A stretch of 64,000 nucleotides of DNA from Rhodothermales bacterium (GTDB taxonomy: Bacteria > Bacteroidota > Rhodothermia > Rhodothermales > UBA10348): positions 140,218 to 204,217 of the forward strand of contig JANQQV010000024.1 in NCBI GenBank assembly GCA_028284865.1. Direction: 5' to 3'. Position 1 is the first letter of the stretch; the number at the start of each line of letters is the position of its first letter. Below are positions 29,559 through 39,928 of this stretch, one piece after another. The notes below the pieces were generated by a model. The model did not search any database. It was not told the DNA's origin and worked only from the letters and a program-made list of their open reading frames with translations. Position numbers and translations under genes: made by a program.

Positions 29559-30491
29559 GTGAAGTTTTCGAACGAGATCAAGGTCGGACTGACCATCATC
29601 GTTGCCACGCTGATATTCATCCTCGGGATTCGCTACTTCGAGGATCTACCCCTGTTTGACTCCACCTACGACCTGGTCGCCGAGTTCGACGATGCCGCCG
29701 GCCTTATTGGTGGAAATATCGTTCGCGTGAACGGCGTAGCCGTGGGGTCCGTGAATGACGTCTACATCAGCGAGACGACCGGCAAGGTGATGGTGGAATT
29801 CCATGTCAACCCCAACATTCCGGTCACCGAAGGAAGCTTTGCCACCATCGCCGGATTCGATGCGCTTGGTGTGGTTCGCCTGGATTTGACGCTCGGCCCG
29901 GCATCCGCAGCGCGGATTCCCGAGGGCGGGACGGTTGCAGCTGGAACGGGGTCTGATTTGATGGCGGACTTGACTGCCCAGGCACCGGAGATGCTGGACA
30001 GTGTGGGCGAAGCGGTCGGACAGTTGAATGACGTCCTGGCTGAGGCAAACACGATGCTTGCGACGCCCGAGTCCGATTTTCGCCAGACCTTGAATGCCGC
30101 AAAAGGAAGCATGCAGCAGATTGAACAGCTGCTGGCTTCCGAGCGGGACCGGATTGCCTCCATTCTGGCCAATGCAGACTCCATTTCTGCCGATCTGAAC
30201 GCCGCTTTGGGTGAAGACGGACAGTCTGTCCAGGATTTGATGAGTCAGATGGAAGAGACGTTGGCGACGCTGAATGAAGATCTGGAAGCGTTCCAGGAAA
30301 CGAATGAGCAAATCAATACGCTCCTGACCAAACTCAATGAAGGTGAGGGTACGCTGGGGATGCTGATTAACGATCCGTCCATGTACCATCGCATGGACTC
30401 GACCCTGTCGGGCCTCAATGATCTGATCGCTGACTTCCAGGCCAATCCTGGTCGCTATCTCAAAGAAATGAAGCTGGTGGATCTGTTCTGA
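29559..30491 (+). CDS. mlaD: MlaD/MCE-domain protein
   Basis: 310 aa, N-terminal TM, MCE domain (VRVNGVAVGSV), long helical C-terminus. Third gene of the mlaEFD set. Confidence 0.8.
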   Translation: MKFSNEIKVGLTIIVATLIFILGIRYFEDLPLFDSTYDLVAEFDDAAGLIGGNIVRVNGVAVGSVNDVYISETTGKVMVEFHVNPNIPVTEGSFATIAGFDALGVVRLDLTLGPASAARIPEGGTVAAGTGSDLMADLTAQAPEMLDSVGEAVGQLNDVLAEANTMLATPESDFRQTLNAAKGSMQQIEQLLASERDRIASILANADSISADLNAALGEDGQSVQDLMSQMEETLATLNEDLEAFQETNEQINTLLTKLNEGEGTLGMLINDPSMYHRMDSTLSGLNDLIADFQANPGRYLKEMKLVDLF

Positions 30492-30533
30492 TCGGACGCT
30501 TTCTCTTCGACATTCCCATCGCTTTCGAACACC

Positions 30534-31097
30534 ATGCCTGAGTACGCAGACGCCCTGACCCTATTTCATGAGTGGACGGAGTCCGACAGCCTCCGTCGCC
30601 ACGCGTATGCCGTCGAAGCCGGAATGGGCTTCTATGCGAAGAAATTCGGAGAGGATGAGACGCTATGGCGCATGACGGGCCTTCTGCACGACATGGACTA
30701 CGAGAAGCACCAGACACTTGAGGAGCATCCATATGTCGGCGTGAAGGTATTGGCCGAAGCAGGGTATCCGGAGATCGTACTCGATGCCATCATGGGTCAT
30801 GCACCCCACACGGGGACACCTCGAACGACCCTGCTCGCGAAGACCCTTTTCGCCGTGGATGAGTTGGCTGGATTCATTACGGCGGTCGCCTATGTGCGTC
30901 CGACGGGATTGCAGGGTATGAAGCCCAAGTCGGTGACCAAGAAGCTGAAGGACAAAGCGTTTGCTGCGGCGGTCAGTCGCGAGGATATCCGCGAAGGCGC
31001 CGAAGACCTTGGCATCGAGCTTTCCGAGCATATCGCCAACGTGATTGCCGGCATGCAGGCCGATGCAACCCGACTGGGCTTTTCTGCGTCCGAATAG
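30534..31097 (+). CDS. HD-domain phosphohydrolase-like protein
   Basis: 187 aa with H...HD (LLHDMDY) and downstream GH metal ligands. Confidence 0.7.
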   Translation: MPEYADALTLFHEWTESDSLRRHAYAVEAGMGFYAKKFGEDETLWRMTGLLHDMDYEKHQTLEEHPYVGVKVLAEAGYPEIVLDAIMGHAPHTGTPRTTLLAKTLFAVDELAGFITAVAYVRPTGLQGMKPKSVTKKLKDKAFAAAVSREDIREGAEDLGIELSEHIANVIAGMQADATRLGFSASE

Positions 31098-31136
31098 GGC
31101 CTCGCAACATCGCACCGGCACCCCTTCATCGGAACG

Positions 31137-32462
31137 TTGACGGAAGACGAAACACATCCTGAGAACCTGGAATCTGCGGAAACCGTGGAGTCCGGTGACT
31201 TTGCGCAGTCCCCGAAGCCCTCAGAGCCAATGGAGTCGGCAGATTCCTCGACGGCCCCGGCATCCCAGACGACTGCGGAGCCTGGACCTGTCCATCAGGA
31301 TAGCGGCGTCACGGTAGCCGAAGCCCGGGAAGTCACGAAAGCCAGAGCTGCTGATTTCCGGCACCTCGTGGCGACTTACGTGCGTCGACACCTGCCTTCG
31401 CGATCCGACGGAAAGGATTCCCGCCATGAGCCACCCCGGGTAACCGGCTCCCATGCCCGGTTGCTGCCGCTTCTGCAGATCATCCCCTGGGGATTGATGA
31501 TCATGTTCGGCGCATCCTTTCTCTGGGACTTCCCCGGTATGGAATTGGCCGTGTTCGGTCAGGTCTATCCCATGGAAGGATTGTTGCGCATTGTTGCCGT
31601 CAGCGGAATGATTGGCTTCCTGACTAACTGGGTGGCCATCACGATGCTCTTCAATCCTCGTCACGTGCGACCGATTTTCGGGCAGGGACTGATCCCTGCT
31701 CAGCGCGAACGCGTAATCTACCGGTTGGCGACGGCGGTCAGCGAGGAGCTGATCAACGAAGAGATCATCAAGCAGAAGATCGAGGAGAACCAGATCATCC
31801 CGAAGTACCGGGAGCTGGCGATGTCGGTGGCCCGAGGTGTACTTGAGGATCCGGAATTCCGGACGGACTTGAAGTCGTTGACGGCAGACTATGTAGAAAC
31901 CGTGCTGACGTCAGACGAGGTGCGCAAGCGGATCGTCGACTTCGTAGTCGAGAAGATCGAGGCCTATGTCGGCGAGGGCGTTGGCGGGATGGCCCTGAAA
32001 GCCTATCGCTACCTGAATGAGGACGACTTCAAACGCCGGATTGACCAGGCGGTACACGGGATTCCCGGTCAGTTGGACGTCGTCCTCGATGAGATGGACG
32101 CGCTTCTGGACAAGGTCCCTGAGAAGATCGAAGCGCGTGCCGAGGATATCGAAGAGTTCGCCACCCGGGTCGTGCTCGGTTTTGTCGAAAATCTGGACGT
32201 GTACGACATGGTGATGAGCAACATGATGGCCTACGACGAGGGACGTCTGGAGGCGCTCATCAAGAACTCGAGCAATGAGCAGCTGAACTACATCAAGTAC
32301 CTGGGGGGCTTACTTGGTGCCATTGGTGGCCTGGTCATCTGGCAGCCGCTGCCTGCCCTGGTCGCTTTTGGTGGTGTCGGCGCCATCCTTTTCGGTCTGG
32401 ACGAAGTTCTCTTTCGAATCCGCAAATCCGATCAGCCGCAGCTGGAAGAAGGACAGGAATAG
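31137..32462 (+). CDS. DUF445-like membrane protein
   Basis: 441 aa. Acidic disordered N-terminus, TM helices flanking a long helical region, GFLTNWVAITMLFNP motif typical of DUF445. TTG start uncertain. Confidence 0.6.
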   Translation: MTEDETHPENLESAETVESGDFAQSPKPSEPMESADSSTAPASQTTAEPGPVHQDSGVTVAEAREVTKARAADFRHLVATYVRRHLPSRSDGKDSRHEPPRVTGSHARLLPLLQIIPWGLMIMFGASFLWDFPGMELAVFGQVYPMEGLLRIVAVSGMIGFLTNWVAITMLFNPRHVRPIFGQGLIPAQRERVIYRLATAVSEELINEEIIKQKIEENQIIPKYRELAMSVARGVLEDPEFRTDLKSLTADYVETVLTSDEVRKRIVDFVVEKIEAYVGEGVGGMALKAYRYLNEDDFKRRIDQAVHGIPGQLDVVLDEMDALLDKVPEKIEARAEDIEEFATRVVLGFVENLDVYDMVMSNMMAYDEGRLEALIKNSSNEQLNYIKYLGGLLGAIGGLVIWQPLPALVAFGGVGAILFGLDEVLFRIRKSDQPQLEEGQE

Positions 32463-32508
32463 TCGTTGCGGGAAACTGCCGGACTGGTCGACTTCCGAAG
32501 TGAGCGGA

Positions 32509-33195
32509 CTAGTCGTTTCCAGAGGGGACAGGAGACGTCTCTGACGCAGGCGCGGGCGCCTTTTCTGAAGCGGCTTCTTCCGTCGTTGTATCCGCGCTTT
32601 CAGCGTGAACGTCCCCACGCGAAAGGGCCAGGTCAAAACAGTCCCTGCATCGCGGCTCGTACGCTTCTTTCGCGCCCAGCAAGACACGTCCTTCACCGGC
32701 AACGAGGCGCTGCGAGTGGTTGGCTGGATTTCCGCAGACCACGCAGATGGCGTGGAGCTTCGTTACGTACTCAGCAATCGCCATGATCTGGGGCATGGGC
32801 TCGAAGGGCTCTCCGAGATAGTCCTGATCCAGACCCGCCACGATTACCCGTTTTCCCGATTCAGCCAGTTGTCGGACTACACCGACGAGATCGTCTCCGA
32901 AGAACTGTGCCTCGTCCACGCCGACAACATCACAGTCTGCAGCCAGAAGGATGATTTGAGACGCCGATGCAACCGCTGTCGACCGGAGGGCCGACTCGTC
33001 GTGCGAAACGACTTCATCTTCAGAGTAGCGCGTATCGATCGCCGGCTTGAAGATTTCAGTACGCTGCCTTGCAATCTGGGCGCGGCGAACGCGACGAATC
33101 AGTTCTTCTGTTTTCCCGCTGAACATGGATCCGCATACGACTTCGATCCAGCCGGCTTGCCGGGAGGTCTTCAGTACATGGGGTTCAAGCGTCAC
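32509..33195 (-). CDS. tdk: Thymidine kinase
   Basis: P-loop [20 protein letters not shown], zinc-ribbon cysteines CVVCG...CRDCF. Carries an unusual ~35-aa C-terminal extension. Confidence 0.9.
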   Translation of the reverse strand: MTLEPHVLKTSRQAGWIEVVCGSMFSGKTEELIRRVRRAQIARQRTEIFKPAIDTRYSEDEVVSHDESALRSTAVASASQIILLAADCDVVGVDEAQFFGDDLVGVVRQLAESGKRVIVAGLDQDYLGEPFEPMPQIMAIAEYVTKLHAICVVCGNPANHSQRLVAGEGRVLLGAKEAYEPRCRDCFDLALSRGDVHAESADTTTEEAASEKAPAPASETSPVPSGND

Positions 33196-33353
33196 GGGAT
33201 CAGCGTGGATGAATCGGAAGAAGGGTCGGGAGGCGCAACGAGTCGCGGGGCCAACCGCGGGGGTCGAAGATACAACGGATTGCCGAGATCGAATATCCCG
33301 AGATCAGGCAGATCGGAGCAAGTGACCTGGACCACCAAAGTCCTTAGCGAGAA

Positions 33354-34112
33354 TCAGATGTCGCCAAGGGTAGGCGTTGGCACCCAGCCTCTCGTTCCAT
33401 TCGGAATCTCGACAAAACTCCAGTCTGGAGACGCCGCTCTCACCTCGACGACCAGTCCTTCGTGGACCTGGATGACTTCCGCCGCATCGCTGGAGGCCTG
33501 CTCGTGCAAGGTCAGTTGATCTGAGAGGACCACGGCCCGATCCGGATAGGCAGGCCAGACTGATGAGGCCAGTGCATGCACGATCAGCGCCAGGCCCAAG
33601 ACGAGAGCAATCCATCGACCGCGACGCAGCCATTCCGAATCGTGATGGGCGAGGGTCTTGACAGTCCAGCCTCCCACGAATCCAAACCAGCACAGGATAC
33701 CGATCAGGAAAGCGACCCGAACCGGGACTGTGTCGACCAGCCACTGCTGGATGTTCTTCCACACGGGATCTGGCAGGGTCGAAAACCGATCGGTTTGTCG
33801 ACTCTGGGCAACATTCAGGGAGTGAAGTACGCGTTCGTCGTCCTCGTTCAGCCACTTCGCTTTCTCCAGATACCGGATGGCCTGCCCCAGATGGTCGAGG
33901 CGATAGTGGGCGAGCCCCATATTGTAAAACAGAGCGTCCGAAGCCCAACCCGTGGATTCGACCGACTCGAAGGCGCGGAGGGCATCGTGGAATCGACCGT
34001 CCACGAGGGCAGCGGTGCCTTCATCGAACTCGCGGATCACGGCCGTGTCCTGACTGTGCGCTTGTCCAACTTGAAGGAGCGCCAGAAGGAATATGACGAC
34101 GAGGCGGGTCAT
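33354..34112 (-). CDS. batE: BatE-like TPR + SH3 domain protein
   Basis: Signal peptide, TPR repeats, two TM helices, C-terminal SH3b-like WSFVEIPNGTRGWV. Last gene of the Bat-type cluster; 4-nt overlap with batD. Confidence 0.7.
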   Translation of the reverse strand: MTRLVVIFLLALLQVGQAHSQDTAVIREFDEGTAALVDGRFHDALRAFESVESTGWASDALFYNMGLAHYRLDHLGQAIRYLEKAKWLNEDDERVLHSLNVAQSRQTDRFSTLPDPVWKNIQQWLVDTVPVRVAFLIGILCWFGFVGGWTVKTLAHHDSEWLRRGRWIALVLGLALIVHALASSVWPAYPDRAVVLSDQLTLHEQASSDAAEVIQVHEGLVVEVRAASPDWSFVEIPNGTRGWVPTPTLGDI

Positions 34113-35992
34113 GCGTTCAGCTGTTCGTCCAGGTCTGGAATCAGCGACGACGCATCATCGAATGCCTCTTCCTTGTTCTCGGGGGAGAACGAGGCTGGTG
34201 CGAATCGACCTCGATCGCATAGATCCAGCAAGCCCTGAAGGCGCGTACGAATGGACTCCGAGGCACCTCGCTCCCGGAGGAGCGAATCCAATTGATGTCT
34301 GGTCAGACCTTTTTCCGCGACGTCCAGCCGGTTTCCCACGAACCCCAAGACAGCACGCTCGACCTCCTCGAAATAGCCCTTCGTATCTCCCGACTGGAGC
34401 AATTCCATGGCCTGCTTCAAGTGTTTGCGGCTGAGAGGATGCGCGCGTCGGCCTCTGGCCCATCGAGGATCGTGGACGAGGCGGTCCTGATGCCTCCGCC
34501 AGACCAACGCTCCGCCCATCACGGCCAGCGGCAAGAACATCAATGTCCAGGTCCACCAGCGTCTGTGCAGGGGCCCCTGTTCCGCTTGCTTCCAACGGGA
34601 TGCGTCGGTGAACAGCGGTGCGAAATCATCAACCGGAAGTCCATTCGTGGTTGCCGTGACGGACAAGGGCGACGTGGCTGTTCCTGTGACGGTCACCGGA
34701 ATCGGAGCCGAACTGGATGTCCGATAGCGACCGACACCCGGGTCGAACCAGGAAAAGGTGACCGGCGGGATCTCGAATACGCCGTTGGTTCGAGGAATCA
34801 GGATGTATCGGAATGTTTTGCTTCCCGTCAGCAGATCACCCGAGCGGTCGAGCAAGGTAGACACATCAGGATCGTACACGTCAAACGCGGCCGGGATATC
34901 CAGTACCGGTGCTTCCATCGTCGCAAGATTGCCTCGTCCTGTGACGGTCACGGTGAGCTGCATCGATTCACCGACTTCGAGGGAAGTCCGATCAGCGTTG
35001 ACCGTCATGGCATATGCGCCAACTGCGCCATTGAAGGATGCTGGTGCATCGGGGGGCAATGGCCGGGATTCGACCGTGACTTCGGGTGACTCGAGCTGGA
35101 CCGGGGTGAACCGCGTCTGCATCGAGAACAACGAGCGGAAGGGGTCCCGCGAGCCGAACGGCATCATGGCTTCGCTCTCGATTTTGAGCGGATCCACGGA
35201 CAGTTCGCCGGCGCGGGTCGGAAAAACCGCGGCACGCTTCAGCACGATCGTGTTATATCGCAACCCGTTCTCCACCATGATGCGCGGAATGGGTCGCGTC
35301 TCCACCTCGAGCTCTTCCCGCCAGAATCCCTCCGCATCCCAGGAATCCGTCAGACGGCTCTGTCGCAACTGGATGCCTTCCCGGAAGAAGAGCCGGTACT
35401 CAACTACGACCTGTTCGTTCTGCCAGGCGCTGCTGCGCGTCGGGACGGCGCGGATGAACAGGTCCGTTTCGTCTGGTTCGGCGGGCGCCGTGTCCGCTTG
35501 CTGGTCAAACTGGTTGCGGAACGCCTGCGCAAAAGGATCCCGCTGACGGGGCCGCGCTGGGCGCTGGTCCTGCGGAATGACCTGGATCTGGATGGGCTGC
35601 GTGTGATACTCGCGATTCTCGACGGTGAGCGTCGTCGCCCCGATGCGTGCGGTACCCTGCGCGGTGGGACGGTATACCCACGTGAATCCAAAGCTGCGAC
35701 TCATTTCTCCATTCACGATGGAAACGCTTTGCTGCGTCCTCGGAATCGTTTGAAGAATGGTCAATCCTTCCGCTTCGGGTGGCTCGGGAATCTGAACATT
35801 GCTGCCGTCCGAACCGTCAATCGTGATGGTGAACGAGACGCTTTCCTCGGTGCCAATCGTCGTCGCGTCCACGGAAGCATGTACGTCGACCTGTCGGGCC
35901 AGGGATGACGAGGCCGTCAAAAGGGCCATTCCGATGATCAGAATGGCCCAGAGAGGGGATGTGTGCATCAGGCGCATGTTGGGCACTTGCAC
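34109..35992 (-). CDS. batD: BatD-like protein
   Basis: 627 aa, signal peptide, large beta-rich extracytoplasmic region, one TM (WWTWTLMFLPLAVMGGALVW), cytoplasmic tail. Position matches BatD. Confidence 0.7.
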   Translation of the reverse strand: MQVPNMRLMHTSPLWAILIIGMALLTASSSLARQVDVHASVDATTIGTEESVSFTITIDGSDGSNVQIPEPPEAEGLTILQTIPRTQQSVSIVNGEMSRSFGFTWVYRPTAQGTARIGATTLTVENREYHTQPIQIQVIPQDQRPARPRQRDPFAQAFRNQFDQQADTAPAEPDETDLFIRAVPTRSSAWQNEQVVVEYRLFFREGIQLRQSRLTDSWDAEGFWREELEVETRPIPRIMVENGLRYNTIVLKRAAVFPTRAGELSVDPLKIESEAMMPFGSRDPFRSLFSMQTRFTPVQLESPEVTVESRPLPPDAPASFNGAVGAYAMTVNADRTSLEVGESMQLTVTVTGRGNLATMEAPVLDIPAAFDVYDPDVSTLLDRSGDLLTGSKTFRYILIPRTNGVFEIPPVTFSWFDPGVGRYRTSSSAPIPVTVTGTATSPLSVTATTNGLPVDDFAPLFTDASRWKQAEQGPLHRRWWTWTLMFLPLAVMGGALVWRRHQDRLVHDPRWARGRRAHPLSRKHLKQAMELLQSGDTKGYFEEVERAVLGFVGNRLDVAEKGLTRHQLDSLLRERGASESIRTRLQGLLDLCDRGRFAPASFSPENKEEAFDDASSLIPDLDEQLNA

Positions 35993-35994
35993 GC

Positions 35995-36756
35995 TTACCA
36001 GTCTTTCTCCACCCGACGCGGCCGGGTTTTCATCTTCTGTACTTGTCGCAGCAACTGCTCCTCCTCGTTCTCCAGAGCCTGGAGGATACGCTGCGCCTCT
36101 TCTTCGCTCAGCTGCGTGGGGTCCTCTTGCTCGCGCTGCTGTTGATCCTGCTCTTGTTGTTGCTGCTGATCGCCCTCGTCCTGGGAATTCTGCTGCTGCT
36201 GATCCTGCTGGTCCTGGTTTTCCTCGTTCTGTTCGCCGTCCTGGTCCTGCTGATCCTGGTTGTCTTGATTCTCGTCGTTCTGGTCCTGGTTGTCCTGCTG
36301 ATCCTGCTGTTGTTGCTGTTGCTCTTCCAGCTGTCGCTTGACGAATTCGTAATTGAACTTAGCGTCCTCGTTGGACGGATCATTCAGCAGGGCCCGTCGG
36401 AAGTGCTCGAGGGACTGCTCCAATTCCTGCGTCCGGAATGCTGCATTCCCGGCATTGTAACTGGCGCGGACCAGATCGTCGGGTGACAATGCCATGCTGG
36501 CTGCGCTGCTGAAAGCGATACCAGCCTGCTCGGCATCGCCGCTGCGGTACAGGGCCGCTCCCAGGTTGTTCAGCAGACCGGAATGAACGGCTCCCGGACC
36601 ACTCTCCTGAATCGCAACGATTCCCTCACGATACGCAGCTGCCGCCTCTTCATACTGCTCCTGCGTGTACAGGGCATTCCCTTGACGACCCTTTTTCTTG
36701 GGGTCGCCCGGCCCGAACAGAAGGGCAGCCAGTATGATGAGGAGGACAGGTTTCAT
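35995..36756 (-). CDS. batC: BatC-like TPR protein with a Gln/Asp/Glu/Asn-rich tail
   Basis: Signal peptide, TPR repeats, then ~70 aa of QQQQDQQDNQDQNDENQ-type low complexity and a conserved basic C-terminus. Confidence 0.7.
   Translation of the reverse strand: MKPVLLIILAALLFGPGDPKKKGRQGNALYTQEQYEEAAAAYREGIVAIQESGPGAVHSGLLNNLGAALYRSGDAEQAGIAFSSAASMALSPDDLVRASYNAGNAAFRTQELEQSLEHFRRALLNDPSNEDAKFNYEFVKRQLEEQQQQQQDQQDNQDQNDENQDNQDQQDQDGEQNEENQDQQDQQQQNSQDEGDQQQQQEQDQQQREQEDPTQLSEEEAQRILQALENEEEQLLRQVQKMKTRPRRVEKDW
36110..36330 (-). repeat. Imperfect triplet-repeat / low-complexity coding tract inside batC
   Basis: The + strand reads as runs of CTG/CTC/GTC/GTT triplets (ctgctgatcctgctggtcctggtt...). 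It encodes the Q/D/N/E tail and creates a spurious Leu-rich antisense ORF (35959..36486). Confidence 0.8.
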
Positions 36757-36818
36757 GGGTCAGTGAAGCACCTTGAAGGCGTTCTGATCAGAAGGTGATG
36801 ATACCGTTTGGTGGTCCG

Positions 36819-37865
36819 TCAGGAGGTGAATGTGGAGGTAAAGCGCATATCGGCATGGTCCCGCTTTCGTTCCGGGATCATCCATTCAACAAAGAGCAGC
36901 AGGATTCCCAGCAGGAGTGGCCACTGGAATCGTTCTTCGTACTCTTCAAACTCTTCCTGACCAAAGGTGGTCTGGTCTAGCTGGTCGAGTGCGCTGGTGA
37001 TGCGAGGGAGCGAACTGGAGGTCCGCGCGATCCGGAAGTAGGCGCCGTCACGGGCCAGGTCCTGCAAAACCGCTTCTTCCAGTTTGGTTGACACAACCGC
37101 CCCCGTGCGATCCTTCTTCCAATCGATGCGGCGGCCGTTGCGATAGACGGGGATCGGTGCGCCTTCTGTTTCGCCAACACCAGCTGTGTAGATGACCACG
37201 CCTTCTTCGCGTGCATCGCCAAGAATCGATTCCAGTTCGGCGATATGGTTCTCGCCGTCGGAAACGAAAAGGATGGCGCGTGTGCGGCCTTCGCTGTCGG
37301 GTGTACCCGTGGGGGCTTCAAACGCCTGCAACGCCATTTCAAGCGCGGCACTGAAGTCAGTACCGGGAGTCGGGATCAGGGAGGGGTCTGCCACGTCGAG
37401 GAACAGGCGGAGCGCACCATAGTCGGTCGTCAGGGGGCACTGGATGAACGCGTCGCCGGCGAAGGTGACCAGGGCAATCCGGTCGCCGTCCATATCTCCG
37501 AGAAGATTCTTGATTTCGTTGCGGGCCCGGTCCAGTCGGTTTGGCGCCACGTCTTCGGCCATCATGGATGCGGATACATCCAGCGCGATAACCAGGTCGA
37601 TTCCTTCACGCGTGACTTCCTTGAGGCGCGTACCGAAGCGCGGGCCGATCAGTGCGAGCACGATCAATGCCACGCCGGCGATTTTCAAAGCAGCTTTCCA
37701 CCGGCGTCGTCGGGGGCTGATGGCTGCGGCCAGGCGGCTGATAGCAGACCGCTCGCCGAATCGCTCGGCAAGCTGGCGCCGGCGGAAAGCCGCCCACACA
37801 AACAGGCCAGCAACTACCGGTATCAGGACGACGGTCCACAGGAAATGCAGGTTCAGCCACTCCAT
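36819..37865 (-). CDS. batB: BatB-like von Willebrand factor A domain membrane protein
   Basis: N-terminal TM pair, vWA domain with MIDAS DVSASM, C-terminal TM. ATGA overlap with the batA stop. Confidence 0.8.
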   Translation of the reverse strand: MEWLNLHFLWTVVLIPVVAGLFVWAAFRRRQLAERFGERSAISRLAAAISPRRRRWKAALKIAGVALIVLALIGPRFGTRLKEVTREGIDLVIALDVSASMMAEDVAPNRLDRARNEIKNLLGDMDGDRIALVTFAGDAFIQCPLTTDYGALRLFLDVADPSLIPTPGTDFSAALEMALQAFEAPTGTPDSEGRTRAILFVSDGENHIAELESILGDAREEGVVIYTAGVGETEGAPIPVYRNGRRIDWKKDRTGAVVSTKLEEAVLQDLARDGAYFRIARTSSSLPRITSALDQLDQTTFGQEEFEEYEERFQWPLLLGILLLFVEWMIPERKRDHADMRFTSTFTS

Positions 37866-38848
37866 CAGGGAAACCTCCGGAACAGGGTGGTTGACAGCAG
37901 CACCTCGATTAGCAGCAACAAGAGACCCGGAAATAGGAAGGCGGCGTACCGCTCTTCAAAGTCCATGTAGGAGCGCTCTTCAATTTTGGTACGCTCCAGT
38001 TCACCGATCTCATCGTAGATCTCGCGGAGCGCACGATTGTTGGTTGCCCGGAAGTACTGGCCCCCCGTCATGTCTGCGACAGATTGGAGCATTTCCTCGT
38101 CAATCTCGACTGGTACCATGCGGCGTTGGCGACCCGCGAATGGGTGGTCTACAACGAACGGTGCCTCACCATGCTGACCAACCCCGATTGCGTAGATGCG
38201 GACGCCCAAGGTACGGGCCACCTCTGCTGCCGTCTCCGGACTCAGTTCGCCGCGATTGTTCTGGCCGTCCGTGAGCAGGATGATGACTTTGCTCTTGGCT
38301 TCCGTGTCCTTGAGGCGATTCACGGCCATGGCCAGGGCGGTCCCGATGGCTGTGCCGTCTTCAATGACTCCCACTTCCACTTCCGTAAGCATCGACTGAA
38401 GGAAGGTGTAGTCGAGGGTCAGCGGGGCCTGGGTGTAGGCGTTCGCGGCAAAAACGATCAGTCCCACGCGGTCCGACGTGCGCCCAGCGATGAATTCGGA
38501 ACCGACATTCTTGGCTGCTTCGAATCGATTGGGCGTGAAGTCCTCGGCGCGCATCGATGTGCTCGTGTCGAGCACCATCATGATGTCGACGCCTTCGGCA
38601 AACTGTTCGCGGATCACATTCCGATCCTGCGGCCGGGCCATGGCGATGATGGCCAGCGACAGACCTGCGACACGCAATACCGTGGGGAGGATGCGCAAAC
38701 GAACCCGCAACGAGGGCCCGGCCGCAGCCGCCGCTTTCGTTGTCGAAAAGCGCATGCCGGGTCGATTCTTGGTTGCCCGCCAGGACTGCCATCCTGCCAG
38801 GGGCACCAGCGCCAATAACAGCAGCCAATATGGTTGCGCGAATTCCAT
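37865..38848 (-). CDS. batA: BatA-like von Willebrand factor A domain membrane protein
   Basis: Start at Met49 of the ORF (MEFAQPYWLLLLALVPL), vWA domain with MIDAS DTSTSM, C-terminal TM. Confidence 0.8.
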   Translation of the reverse strand: MEFAQPYWLLLLALVPLAGWQSWRATKNRPGMRFSTTKAAAAAGPSLRVRLRILPTVLRVAGLSLAIIAMARPQDRNVIREQFAEGVDIMMVLDTSTSMRAEDFTPNRFEAAKNVGSEFIAGRTSDRVGLIVFAANAYTQAPLTLDYTFLQSMLTEVEVGVIEDGTAIGTALAMAVNRLKDTEAKSKVIILLTDGQNNRGELSPETAAEVARTLGVRIYAIGVGQHGEAPFVVDHPFAGRQRRMVPVEIDEEMLQSVADMTGGQYFRATNNRALREIYDEIGELERTKIEERSYMDFEERYAAFLFPGLLLLLIEVLLSTTLFRRFP

Positions 38849-38849
38849 C

Positions 38850-39917
38850 TCAGACGCTCTCCGGTTCGCGTTCCATTTCGGCTTCGTCCTTCCGGGCGCC
38901 TTCTGGAGCGTATCGCATGGCTTCCAGCGCAGCCCGACGCTCGCGTTCGCGTCGCACTTCCTCTTCCCGCAGCGCGGATTCAGCACCCTCAATCACGTGA
39001 CGGGTCTCATCCACCATCTCGCGAGTCTGCTCCAGGATGGGCTTGAGGTCGGCGAATTTGACCAGGTCTGAATGGGTCAGGACGTGGTCGATCTCTTTCA
39101 GGACATCGTCAGGAAGCACCGTTCCCGTTGAGGACGTTCGCAGGCGTGTAAGCAGCTCTCGCGTTGTGGATTCCAGGGCCGGCACGTGGGTGCGTCGACC
39201 GACGTAGGTCCGCAAGATGTCGGTCAGCTCGATGTAAAAAGGCTTGATTCGATCTGGGTCGGAAAGGTCCACCTCGCCCAGGGTCGACAAACGGTTGATG
39301 GCTTCCTGATACGGCGGAATGGCCGGTTCAGGGGCAATTTCGACCTCCTCTTCGTCTTCCTGCTGCCCACGCCAGCGCCACAATCCGTAGAGGACACCAG
39401 CCAGGGCAAGCAGTCCGATGATCCAGGGCCACCATGATCTTTCAAATGTGGCCAACTCTGCCAAATCACGCAGTTCGGTGGCGTCTTCACCTACCAGAGA
39501 TCCGATTCTCAGGAACGCTGGAGGTGTAACAGCAGCCAGCGTATCGCCCGCCGCTGCGAGTCCAACAGGCACTCCAGCGACACGGGCCGTGTCCAGAGCA
39601 AACGTGGTCGCCTCATAGATGACGGAATCAATGCGTCCTCCACCGGGCCAGTCGCGTCCTCCGACCGAACGGACACCGAGAATCTCGAAGTCGCCCAGCG
39701 TGAATACGGCTGAGGCCTGCAAGGAGTCAGGAATCAGGTCGTGCGGGAAGACCGGACTTCTCGTGCCATCGTGTCCGACGACGACAGTCATCTCGAATCG
39801 GTCGCCAACCGTGACCGAGTCCGCAGACAGGATGGTCTCGAATTGCTGGGCTGAGGCACTGGATGAAGCCAATGCCAGCATGAGGACAAACGATATGGAG
39901 CGAAGGGCTCGGATCAA
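38850..39917 (-). CDS. Hypothetical membrane protein of the Bat-type cluster
   Basis: 355 aa, TTG start, signal peptide, one TM (WWPWIIGLLALAGVLYGLW), acidic C-terminus. Occupies the slot between DUF58 and batA. Confidence 0.6.
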   Translation of the reverse strand: MIRALRSISFVLMLALASSSASAQQFETILSADSVTVGDRFEMTVVVGHDGTRSPVFPHDLIPDSLQASAVFTLGDFEILGVRSVGGRDWPGGGRIDSVIYEATTFALDTARVAGVPVGLAAAGDTLAAVTPPAFLRIGSLVGEDATELRDLAELATFERSWWPWIIGLLALAGVLYGLWRWRGQQEDEEEVEIAPEPAIPPYQEAINRLSTLGEVDLSDPDRIKPFYIELTDILRTYVGRRTHVPALESTTRELLTRLRTSSTGTVLPDDVLKEIDHVLTHSDLVKFADLKPILEQTREMVDETRHVIEGAESALREEEVRRERERRAALEAMRYAPEGARKDEAEMEREPESV

Positions 39918-39928
39918 GACTTCGTTAA

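Noticed and set aside
35959-36486. 175-aa Leu-rich + strand ORF resembling a polytopic membrane protein
   Set aside because: It is the antisense reading of the batC Gln/Asp triplet-repeat tract (CAG read as CTG) and therefore a compositional artefact.
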